Of a stretch of 55,284 nucleotides of DNA, positions 1 to 7,547 are shown piece after piece (positions within the stretch are counted from its first letter, which is position 1; the number at the start of each line of letters is the position of its first letter). A program made the position numbers and the translations under genes. The stretch comes from a virus (Duplodnaviria > Caudoviricetes). Location: positions 1-55,284 of IMG/VR virus record IMGVR_UViG_3300027749_003730; one strand, given 5' to 3'. The notes beneath the pieces were generated by a model. It was not told the DNA's origin. It saw nothing but the letters and a program-made list of their open reading frames with translations, and made no database searches.

Positions 1-196
1 GGACTCGCAAGAGAGATCAGTCTATGCCGGAAGCGTGGACAGATCGGTTGTTTTAAACGGCTCGACAGCTTCAGAGACGATCAGGGTTTACAGCCCAGGA
101 GATTGTGATGAGCAAGACAGATCCCATGTTAGGCGAGACAAAAGAAGCAGAGCTGTAAACTCTGGGTCGCCTTGTAATTAACCAAAACTTCGTGGT
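1..196 (+). ncRNA. Structured non-coding RNA, probably truncated at the window edge; family not recognised
   Basis: GC-richer than its flanks and no ORF. Helices: 81-94/152-165 (14 bp), 20-27/33-40, CTC-GCAA-GAG (4-13), ACCA/TGGT (181-196). Strand inferred from the GNRA loop, G-U pairs and downstream tRNA. Confidence 0.55.
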
Positions 197-216
197 CCTT
201 TTCTAATAAAATTTAT

Positions 217-294
217 AGTGCGGTGGCAGAGAGGCCCAATGCAGTGGATTGCAAATCCGCAACACCGTCGGTTCGAATCCGACCCGCACTTCCA
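217..294 (+). tRNA. tRNA-Cys(GCA)
   Basis: Acceptor AGTGCGG/CCGCACT, anticodon arm GTGGA-TTGCAAA-TCCGC, T loop TTCGAAT, encoded CCA. Confidence 0.95.
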
Positions 295-315
295 TGTTAA
301 CAGATAAGTACTGTT

Positions 316-1080
316 ATGGACCATTTAAATCAACAAAAATCTATTATTGACAACATTCGACAGTGTCAACGTAATTGGGATTTATCAAAAGATATCCCAC
401 AAGAACACTTAGATCATTTAGTATATGTGGCAACACACTCTCCATCAAAACAAGATGAAGCATTTTATAACTTACATGTAATAACAAATAAAGAATTAAT
501 ACAGGAATTATTAAATTATACATTTGGGTTTTCAGTTATATTAGCAAAAAATGAATTTGCTATTAATTTAAGAAATACACAAATGGGTGCTAATGCATAT
601 TTCTTATGGGTTCGAAAAGATCCTCCAACACGCCGAGAATTTCGATATGACGGCATTCAGCATCCTACAGATAGTGATATGCGTGTAAAAAATGCCTATA
701 CAATGATCGGTATTTCAATGGGATTAGTTGCCTATGCCGCAGGTAGTTTAGGATATAAAACTGGGTTTAATACAAACCATATGATAGGAAGTTTAGGATA
801 TACAGGAGGAAAGTTTTCTATGTGGAAGTCTAAATTAGATATTCCCGAAAATGAACATATTGCTTATGGTTTAGGAATAGGATTTCCTCAAGAGGGTAGG
901 GCTAGGAATGAAACTGACGAAGTTGAATTTAGAATAGGTAAAGATCTTTCAGAATCAACCCTCCATAATTCTCAAACAGAAAGAATTATAGAGAGTGAAG
1001 GAAAAAAATATCTAGTACCTCGATTATCTTATCCGACCTTTAGTGAACAAGAAAAAGATATTAAGGTATTTTACCACTAA
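316..1080 (+). CDS. Nitroreductase-family protein
   Basis: N-terminal RQCQRNW...SPSKQ and later AGSLGYKTG...LGIGFP, typical nitroreductase FMN-binding patterns. Confidence 0.7.
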   Translation: MDHLNQQKSIIDNIRQCQRNWDLSKDIPQEHLDHLVYVATHSPSKQDEAFYNLHVITNKELIQELLNYTFGFSVILAKNEFAINLRNTQMGANAYFLWVRKDPPTRREFRYDGIQHPTDSDMRVKNAYTMIGISMGLVAYAAGSLGYKTGFNTNHMIGSLGYTGGKFSMWKSKLDIPENEHIAYGLGIGFPQEGRARNETDEVEFRIGKDLSESTLHNSQTERIIESEGKKYLVPRLSYPTFSEQEKDIKVFYH

Positions 1081-1628
1081 TGTTAAATTATAAACCATTA
1101 CCAGAATTTATAAACCATTTTATAATTAGACCAGCGGATCCTTTTGAGCTAGTTAAAGATATCAAAGGCCATAATTGGTCTATGTATGATACTAGACAAT
1201 TTTTAACTGATGAAGGATATAGATGGTTTGAAGAAAATAAGATTATTTTAAAATCTAAATCTCAATATTTTATTTGTAATGCCCATACTACCGGTCCAGT
1301 ACATACTGACAACCCACATAAAATAGCATTTAATTTTGTATTTGAAGGATATGGCAATATGGAGTGGGTCACAGTATTAGATGGGGATTATGTATATCAT
1401 ACAAACACTGTTGCATCAGGTGAAAAATTTACATACAAAAAATTTACAGAAATTAGAAGTATTAAAATTAATGATACCTGGAATGGACAGTCGGCTCTTG
1501 TCAAAGTTAGTTTGCCGCATAGAATTGTGACTAAAGATAGTCACAGGATATGCATTAGTCTAAGGCTAGATACGACTAGATGCCGTTTTACTTTTGATGA
1601 AATAAGTCAAATAATAAACAAACAATAG
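1080..1628 (+). CDS. Cupin/2OG-Fe(II) oxygenase-like protein
   Basis: HTD...PHRI...RICISLR pattern (HxD...H...R). Confidence 0.55.
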   Translation: MLNYKPLPEFINHFIIRPADPFELVKDIKGHNWSMYDTRQFLTDEGYRWFEENKIILKSKSQYFICNAHTTGPVHTDNPHKIAFNFVFEGYGNMEWVTVLDGDYVYHTNTVASGEKFTYKKFTEIRSIKINDTWNGQSALVKVSLPHRIVTKDSHRICISLRLDTTRCRFTFDEISQIINKQ

Positions 1629-1638
1629 TTGGTATTGC

Positions 1639-2247
1639 ATGGACGCAGAAATATTTCCGTTATTCTCAGCACCCGTATACAAGAATAATGCGGGACCAAT
1701 ATCCACACCCGAACTTGATCAATTAGATTTTAAAAGATTACCCGGTGATGTTTGGTGCCTTGAAAGTAAGTATGTTTTAGATTTACCTGAATTTAAATCA
1801 GTTAGACAAGCAGTAGAAAAAGAAATTGAATCTTATACTAGAAATATTTTACGAGTTAGTGAGAAAATAGAATTTTATATAACCAATTCTTGGATTAATA
1901 AACATACAGAAGGCGACCATTTAAATCGGCACCTACATACTAATTCAATTATATCAGGTGTTATATATTTAGAAACAACGCCTAATAGTGGCGACATTGT
2001 ATTTTATCGTCCGTTCCACAGTATGTTTCCTTTCCCGAGAACAGTAGATTTAGATGTTGTTGATTACAACATTTACAATTGTCAGTCGTGGAGTATAACT
2101 CCAAAAAACAATGACGTCGTTTTATTTCCATCTATGTTAGAACATTCGGCAGAACCAAATAGAACAAATACGCCAAGATGCTGTATTGCATTTAATGTAT
2201 TTGTTAGAGGATCCTTCGGAATGTTGCATAAGTTAGAAATTAAATGA
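1639..2247 (+). CDS. 2OG-Fe(II) oxygenase (TIGR02466-like)
   Basis: SWIN...HLHTNSIISGVIYL...LFPSMLEH...R.CIAFN. Confidence 0.85.
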   Translation: MDAEIFPLFSAPVYKNNAGPISTPELDQLDFKRLPGDVWCLESKYVLDLPEFKSVRQAVEKEIESYTRNILRVSEKIEFYITNSWINKHTEGDHLNRHLHTNSIISGVIYLETTPNSGDIVFYRPFHSMFPFPRTVDLDVVDYNIYNCQSWSITPKNNDVVLFPSMLEHSAEPNRTNTPRCCIAFNVFVRGSFGMLHKLEIK

Positions 2248-2260
2248 TAAGTAAAAATAC

Positions 2261-2337
2261 GCCCAGGTGATGGAATTGGTATACGTGTTGGTCTTAGAAG
2301 CCAAATTTTGCGAGTTCGAGTCTCGCCCTGGGCACCA
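2261..2337 (+). tRNA. tRNA-Leu(UAG) with short variable loop
   Basis: GCCCAGG/CCTGGGC acceptor, TTGGT-CTTAGAA-GCCAA, TTCGAGT, ACCA end. Confidence 0.92.
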
Positions 2338-2355
2338 ATTAAAAGGAGTGTTATT

Positions 2356-2499
2356 GTGTCTAAAACTAATGATGTAATAGAACGAGCATACGGTAGCATT
2401 CCTCGAGAATGTTCGCCAAATATTAATTTTGATTTTATTCCCACGTGGCGAGGAATTAAATATTACTGGTTAGTATTAATTAGGAAATTTACAAGATAA
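2356..2499 (+). CDS. Small hypothetical protein (47 aa, GTG start)
   Basis: AAGGAG SD upstream; ORF fills the gap between two tRNAs. Confidence 0.55.
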   Translation: MSKTNDVIERAYGSIPRECSPNINFDFIPTWRGIKYYWLVLIRKFTR

Positions 2500-2573
2500 G
2501 CGGGATTAGTTTAATGGTCAAACGAAACCTTGCCAAGGTTTAGTCAGGAGTTCGATTCTCCTATCCCGCTCCA
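2500..2573 (+). tRNA. tRNA-Gly(GCC)
   Basis: GCGGGAT/ATCCCGC, AAACC-TTGCCAA-GGTTT, TCCA end. Confidence 0.95.
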
Positions 2574-2582
2574 CAATATATT

Positions 2583-4061
2583 ATGCACGGAATTATTTTT
2601 AACTTTGGAACGAGCATTGGTACAGCAAGGACAGTTGGTCCTTACTTAATAGCCACCCACCTTAGACAAGAAGGATGGGATATAGAAATTATAGATTTTG
2701 CCAATGAGTGGACCTTACAAGAATTAAAAGAATTGTTAAAGTCTAGATTATCAACAAATACAAAATTTGTTGGCTTTAGTCATCAGTTTTCTTTTTGGAC
2801 ACCTGATTTAGAAATGCTGTGTACTTGGATTAAATTACAAAATTCAAATATAGCATTAATCTCCGGGCACTCTTCTAATCCGCATTATTCAACTAATGCT
2901 GTTGATTATCATATTCAAGGATACGGCGAGTATGCTGTTTCAGCACTACTAAAATATTTGTTTAGTAATGGGCCTGCTATAAAAATGTCTACATTTAATA
3001 AGGGAGCAAAAAGAAATATTCCTGCAAATACATTCTATCCAGCTTATCCAAAGCACAGTTTGTTAGCTCTTTACCAAAAAAGAGATTTTATAATAGAAGA
3101 AGAATGGCTGACTACTGAATTAAGTAGGGGGTGTAAATTTGCATGTGATTTTTGTAATTTTCCTGTGCTCGGTGTTAAAGGTGACTATACTAGAACAGCT
3201 GAAGATTTTGAATTAGAGATGAAACATAACTTTGATAATTTTGGGGTTAAAAATTATATTATATCAGATGAAACAGTTAACGACAGTACAGAAAAAATAA
3301 GAAAATATGCAGACATTGTTGAAAAATTAAATTTTGTTCCGTTCTACACTGCATTTGTTCGGGGAGACTTATTAGTAAGTAGACCAAAAGATCGAGAAGA
3401 GATGCTAAGAATGAATTTACTTGGGCACTGGTATGGAATAGAAACATTTGATAAAACAGCCGGTAAAGCTATAGGTAAAGGAATGGACCCTGATAGATTA
3501 AAACAAGGGTTAATCGATGTAAAACAATATTTCCTTAACAATAACAGAAAACTATATAGAGCCACAGTTAGCCTTGTTGTAGGATTGCCAGGCGAGACAG
3601 CTAGTTCGATAAACCAAACTAGATCTTGGTTAGACAACCACTGGCAAGGGCAAGCCTTTTCTACTTATGCATTACAAATACCTACAAGCAACACAGATAA
3701 TTTTTCTAAGATTGCAAAGGATTATAAAAAATACGGATACGAATCAATGTCTGATGCCGAAATTGCAACGTATTTGGCAGATCCAGTCGGATATAATTAT
3801 CGAACAGTAGGGATTACTCCGGATTATCTTTTATGGAAAAATAAAGATATGAATATACATATTGCCGAAGAGTTGGCAGTACATATTGACTCGATTGCTA
3901 AAAGTGGTAATTTTAGATTAGACCCTTGGTCATTAGGCAGTTTAGGTTTTACAGGGTCAGTTGAAGACAGATTGAATATGATACATCATAGTGAAGAACT
4001 GCGTAAACACATATATACAAGTCGTGTAAAGATGTATAAAGAAAATAAATTTAATTGCTAG
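2583..4061 (+). CDS. Radical SAM protein with N-terminal B12-binding-like domain
   Basis: SRGCKFACDFC motif; N-terminal IATHLRQEGW...VGFS...GYGE; GIET; GLPGET. Confidence 0.85.
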   Translation: MHGIIFNFGTSIGTARTVGPYLIATHLRQEGWDIEIIDFANEWTLQELKELLKSRLSTNTKFVGFSHQFSFWTPDLEMLCTWIKLQNSNIALISGHSSNPHYSTNAVDYHIQGYGEYAVSALLKYLFSNGPAIKMSTFNKGAKRNIPANTFYPAYPKHSLLALYQKRDFIIEEEWLTTELSRGCKFACDFCNFPVLGVKGDYTRTAEDFELEMKHNFDNFGVKNYIISDETVNDSTEKIRKYADIVEKLNFVPFYTAFVRGDLLVSRPKDREEMLRMNLLGHWYGIETFDKTAGKAIGKGMDPDRLKQGLIDVKQYFLNNNRKLYRATVSLVVGLPGETASSINQTRSWLDNHWQGQAFSTYALQIPTSNTDNFSKIAKDYKKYGYESMSDAEIATYLADPVGYNYRTVGITPDYLLWKNKDMNIHIAEELAVHIDSIAKSGNFRLDPWSLGSLGFTGSVEDRLNMIHHSEELRKHIYTSRVKMYKENKFNC

Positions 4062-4062
4062 A

Positions 4063-5037
4063 ATGATCAACCTAACAACTCAATCTACAAAACCTAAAAT
4101 ATTTTTGTTTGGCGCTTGTGATTTATTCCAGGCAGTTAACATAGATACTATTCGTAATGAGTATGTAATCGATGCTATACCTATAAATTTAAGACAAGCA
4201 GATACATTGGATTTTAGTACATGTATTAAACCAAAATTTTCAACAAGTATGGTATCATTATACACCAAGCCTAATGAGTTAGCTGGTAGATTGTATGATT
4301 GTTTAATTAAAGAAAAAGATTTGAAGAGATATCATTATGATTTCTACAGAGAAATTTTAAAATTCTCATACTTAAATTATTTTAAAGAGACTGCAGGACC
4401 GAATGATATTCTAGTTATGAATTTTAGTACTGAACTGTATTCAAAAATGCAAGTTAAGTCTGAACGGTTTACAATTATACCTGCACCTGAGATTGATGTG
4501 AAAAATCCTAACGATAAGTTATATTGGTTGTATGCAGAATATCTTACAAAAGATGTATATCAAATTCCATTTGATGACAATTCTGCACTAAATGATACAT
4601 ATGATTTATTAGATGATTTTGCAAAAGACATTTACGAGATATTTAATGATCGTGTTATTTTAGTTAAAACTCACATGACTGATCTGGCACTAACTGATAA
4701 TGCTAAGATAGAAAGAATAATGGTTCCGTTAGAAGCACATATTCCTTTTTACAAACCTTCAAAGTTAATGCAAGATCCAGTAGATCACAAGTACGGTCTT
4801 CGAGTAGCTAATATATTTACTACAAAGTTTAGAAGAAAATATCAAGCCGATATTCCGTTAGTTTCAGTTGAGGATACCTTATTTGTAGATTTTAACCATC
4901 CGCAAGGATATGCACCGTTTCATCTACATCGTTATTCCAACTACAAAATAGGAATAAATATATATCAAGAACTTGTCAAAATGACCGACAGGATTAATAA
5001 AAAGGATATTACAAATGAGCGATTTATCATTCAATGA
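4063..5037 (+). CDS. Hypothetical protein (possibly DUF6270/SGNH-like)
   Basis: 324 aa ORF; IFLFGACD start and APFHL near the C-terminus. Confidence 0.45.
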   Translation: MINLTTQSTKPKIFLFGACDLFQAVNIDTIRNEYVIDAIPINLRQADTLDFSTCIKPKFSTSMVSLYTKPNELAGRLYDCLIKEKDLKRYHYDFYREILKFSYLNYFKETAGPNDILVMNFSTELYSKMQVKSERFTIIPAPEIDVKNPNDKLYWLYAEYLTKDVYQIPFDDNSALNDTYDLLDDFAKDIYEIFNDRVILVKTHMTDLALTDNAKIERIMVPLEAHIPFYKPSKLMQDPVDHKYGLRVANIFTTKFRRKYQADIPLVSVEDTLFVDFNHPQGYAPFHLHRYSNYKIGINIYQELVKMTDRINKKDITNERFIIQ

Positions 5038-5197
5038 ACAATTAGTAGAACTATGTTGCAAACTTTCAAATCTAACTGATAGTTATGATTCAGTACCAGG
5101 ACTAGCTCAGCATGAGCTTGCGCAAACTGTTGAAGTATTACATTTAATACGAGCATTGCTAGTATCAAACAACATTGAATACATGACCAAAAAATAA
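5015..5197 (+). CDS. Small hypothetical protein
   Basis: AAGGA SD; packed between neighbouring genes. Confidence 0.55.
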   Translation: MSDLSFNEQLVELCCKLSNLTDSYDSVPGLAQHELAQTVEVLHLIRALLVSNNIEYMTKK

Positions 5198-5199
5198 AA

Positions 5200-5853
5200 A
5201 TGGACAGTGTGAGTTTAGATCAGTCTACAGAAATTGTAGGACTGTTTGATATTTCTATATCAAAAGTTGACAATACTGTTTTTGTAGCTAATAAGAATAC
5301 TCCAGAACCAGGGGCAATTAACACATTTGCCCTTTATGCAGACGAAACTGGTAAAATAAAATCAGCCGGATCATCATTACTGTATGAAACAGAAACAGAA
5401 GTATTAACAGCTCCGAACATATTAAACAATAATATTATTTCAGATTATATCGTTGTTAAAAAACTAGTAGCTGATAGACTAATATTAACAGATACAGATG
5501 AAACAAAAGATTTTAACATTAATAATCTTAGCTTCTTGAAGAAAGAAGGCACTGGAAGATTTGCCAGTATACATACAGATTTTTTTGGCGATCATACACT
5601 AGCAATAGTGACTGAAAATAATGAAGGAGTGACCGGATGTGCATTAACTATTGACGGGACTCAACGAATTACAATTCAAGATGGCAAATTAAATTTAAAA
5701 CACACACGAACAATAACTTCATCTGTTGGCATCAAAACAGATCGAAAGGGAGATCTTGCAATAGATAATAATTACTTATATTATTGCACACGAGACTTTA
5801 ATAGAGTATCGAATATTTGGGTTCGTTGGCGAATCTCAGATAATTTATGGTAA
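5200..5853 (+). CDS. Putative virion fibre-associated protein
   Basis: Beta-rich; C-terminal SSVG...KGDLAIDNNYLYYC...WVR module resembling phage fibre/tropism-determinant domains. Confidence 0.5.
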   Translation: MDSVSLDQSTEIVGLFDISISKVDNTVFVANKNTPEPGAINTFALYADETGKIKSAGSSLLYETETEVLTAPNILNNNIISDYIVVKKLVADRLILTDTDETKDFNINNLSFLKKEGTGRFASIHTDFFGDHTLAIVTENNEGVTGCALTIDGTQRITIQDGKLNLKHTRTITSSVGIKTDRKGDLAIDNNYLYYCTRDFNRVSNIWVRWRISDNLW

Positions 5854-5857
5854 TAAT

Positions 5858-5932
5858 CGGTCTTTGGTGAAATGGATATCATCTCGGTCTTCGAAACCGA
5901 GGGTGGGAGTTCGATCCTCTCAAGACCGGCCA
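5858..5932 (+). tRNA. tRNA-Arg(UCG)
   Basis: CGGTCTT/AAGACCG, TCGGT-CTTCGAA-ACCGA, GCCA end. Confidence 0.93.
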
Positions 5933-5934
5933 GT

Positions 5935-6009
5935 CTCTCTGTAGTTCAATGGATAGAACGACTCTCTCCTAAAGAGTAGATGCAGGTTCAATTCCTACCA
6001 GAGAGACCA
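5935..6009 (+). tRNA. tRNA-Arg(CCU)
   Basis: CTCTCTG/CAGAGAG, ACTCT-CTCCTAA-AGAGT, ACCA end. Confidence 0.92.
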
Positions 6010-6025
6010 AGATAATCAAAAGGTG

Positions 6026-6054
6026 TTGACTTATGATCGTTATAAGTATATAAT
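6026..6054 (+). promoter_or_regulatory. Sigma70-type promoter
   Basis: TTGACT-17 nt-TATAAT; predicted start at about 6061. Confidence 0.8.
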
Positions 6055-6060
6055 ACATAT

Positions 6061-6158
6061 GAGATCGTAAGCAAATAGGCAAAGCTCTCACCTTTGGGTC
6101 GAGGACGGGGCACGGCAATATGCCGCCTTTGGAGGTTCGAAGCCTCCCGATCTCACCA
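6061..6158 (+). ncRNA. tRNA-like RNA with non-canonical anticodon arm
   Basis: Perfect acceptor GAGATCG/CGATCTC+ACCA, D arm AGC/GCT with GG, T arm GGAGG-TTCGAAG-CCTCC; no 5 bp + 7 nt anticodon arm can be drawn. Confidence 0.75.
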
Positions 6159-6247
6159 TATAAAAACATACTTGGACTAGCTATAAGTTAGTCGGGCAAG
6201 GACAGGACACCACTGTTATGAAAAGTCCCGAGTGTGTTTCTATATGG
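6156..6247 (+). ncRNA. Long hairpin element in the tRNA spacer
   Basis: CCATATAAAAACATACTTGGACT pairs with AGTCC(C)GAGTGTGTTTCTATATGG (about 22 bp, one mismatch, one bulge). Confidence 0.5.
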
Positions 6248-6335
6248 AACGGTCCTATAATGGTATTAGAGCAGATTGCTAATCTGTCGCTCGGCGTAAT
6301 CCGGGTTCTGAGTTCGAGTCTCAGTCGTTCCGCCA
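6246..6335 (+). tRNA. tRNA-Ser(GCU)
   Basis: GGAACGG/TCGTTCC, GCAGA-TTGCTAA-TCTGT, long variable arm, GCCA end. Confidence 0.93.
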
Positions 6336-6358
6336 TATTTTTATAAAGAGAGAATCAA

Positions 6359-6574
6359 ATGAAACCAGGCAAAACATTTAACCTTAGCAAACAAACAAAA
6401 CGTTTTATGGCAACCATTACGAACGCAGAAGATCGTAATGCATATAAACGTGCAATGATTCAAGCAGAGTTGGCGGCGGCAGTAGTGGTCAAACGTGAGC
6501 CACGTGACAACAAAGGTAGCCCACGTGGCACTGGCTATACCAATACTGCAACCAGTGCGACTCCTAGTGCATAA
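6359..6574 (+). CDS. Small basic hypothetical protein
   Basis: 71 aa ORF between tRNAs, purine-rich RBS. Confidence 0.7.
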   Translation: MKPGKTFNLSKQTKRFMATITNAEDRNAYKRAMIQAELAAAVVVKREPRDNKGSPRGTGYTNTATSATPSA

Positions 6575-6585
6575 GTAAAATATAT

Positions 6586-6661
6586 TCCGCAGTAGCTCAG
6601 TTGGTAGAGTAGTTGACTGTTAATCAATTGGTCCCTGGTTCGAGCCCAGGCTGTGGAGCCA
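6586..6661 (+). tRNA. tRNA-Asn(GUU)
   Basis: TCCGCAG/CTGTGGA, GTTGA-CTGTTAA-TCAAT, GCCA end. Confidence 0.95.
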
Positions 6662-6670
6662 AGTTAATGT

Positions 6671-6746
6671 GGGGGTGTAGCTCATTTGGGAGAGCGCCTG
6701 CTTTGCAAGCAGGATGTAGCAAGTTCGATCCTTGTCACCTCCACCA
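6671..6746 (+). tRNA. tRNA-Ala(UGC)
   Basis: GGGGGTG/CACCTCC with G3-U70, CCTGC-TTTGCAA-GCAGG, ACCA end. Confidence 0.96.
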
Positions 6747-6763
6747 ATTTTAGGAAATGTAAT

Positions 6764-6952
6764 ATGAGTAAAGGTTCGAGACCTCGTCCGTATAGTGTTA
6801 GTCAAGAAGAATTTGCAAATAGTTTTGATAGAATATTTAGAAGACCAGACCCACGGGTGCGGGAAGATGCAGAAGCTGAAGACGAGGCATTCAAACTAGT
6901 TGACAAAGCTAGTAAGAACAAGTATAATACTAGCACAGAGACAGACAAATAA
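6764..6952 (+). CDS. Small phage hypothetical protein (MSKGSRPRP...)
   Basis: AGGA SD, ATG at 6764; the longer track ORF overlaps tRNA-Ala. Confidence 0.65.
   Translation: MSKGSRPRPYSVSQEEFANSFDRIFRRPDPRVREDAEAEDEAFKLVDKASKNKYNTSTETDK
6900..6928 (+). promoter_or_regulatory. Sigma70-type promoter
   Basis: TTGACA-17-TATAAT, perfect consensus upstream of tRNA-Thr. Confidence 0.85.
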
Positions 6953-6958
6953 GAACAT

Positions 6959-7033
6959 GCCGACTTAGCACAGTGGTAGTGCAATCGCCTTGTAAGCGAT
7001 AGGTCATCAGTTCGAATCCGATAGTCGGCACCA
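6959..7033 (+). tRNA. tRNA-Thr(UGU)
   Basis: GCCGACT/AGTCGGC, ATCGC-CTTGTAA-GCGAT, ACCA end. Confidence 0.95.
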
Positions 7034-7040
7034 ATTTTAT

Positions 7041-7114
7041 GCGGGGTTCGTATAGTGGTAATACCTTAGCCTTCCAAGCTAAAGCGAGGAGTTCGATTCT
7101 CCTACCCCGCTCCA
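7041..7114 (+). tRNA. tRNA-Gly(UCC)
   Basis: GCGGGGT/ACCCCGC, TTAGC-CTTCCAA-GCTAA, TCCA end. Confidence 0.95.
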
Positions 7115-7142
7115 TATTTTCGTTAACTATAAAAGGTATATT

Positions 7143-7370
7143 ATGGCATTAGGTTTAAGTCGTGGCCCGCAGATTGACACAGATAAATGTGTTGAGCTGT
7201 CAGGCGGTAATAGATTTGATTTGGTTATCATGGCAGCAGTTCGTTGCCGTGAATTGGCTAGAGAGCATCGTCAAGCCGAACGTGGATACCAACTAAATGC
7301 ACCAGTCACTGCTCTGCTTGAATTTCAAACAGGTAAGATTGGACGTGAGTATATTAGAAAAGTTAGATAA
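7143..7370 (+). CDS. rpoZ: RNA polymerase omega subunit homolog
   Basis: GNRFDLVIMAAVRCREL...PVTALLEFQTGKI matches the omega conserved regions. Confidence 0.85.
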   Translation: MALGLSRGPQIDTDKCVELSGGNRFDLVIMAAVRCRELAREHRQAERGYQLNAPVTALLEFQTGKIGREYIRKVR

Positions 7371-7377
7371 GAATTTT

Positions 7378-7452
7378 GCCTGGATAGCTCAGGGGTAGAG
7401 CGTCTCCTTTACACGGAGAGGGTCCGCGGTTCGAAACCGTGTCCAGGTACCA
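7378..7452 (+). tRNA. tRNA-Val(UAC)
   Basis: GCCTGGA/TCCAGGT, TCTCC-TTTACAC-GGAGA, ACCA end. Confidence 0.95.
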
Positions 7453-7457
7453 AGTTT

Positions 7458-7534
7458 CGGAGTGTGGCGCAGTCTGGTAGCGCACCTGGTTTGGGACCAG
7501 GGGGTCCAAGGTTCGAATCCTTGTACTCCGACCA
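7458..7534 (+). tRNA. tRNA-Pro(UGG)
   Basis: CGGAGTG/TACTCCG, CCTGG-TTTGGGA-CCAGG, ACCA end. Confidence 0.96.
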
Positions 7535-7547
7535 ATTATGAGATAAA

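Noticed and set aside
1-196. tmRNA, RNase P or group I intron assignment
   Set aside because: No TTCGA...CCA end and no recognisable P4 or P7 consensus in the visible part.
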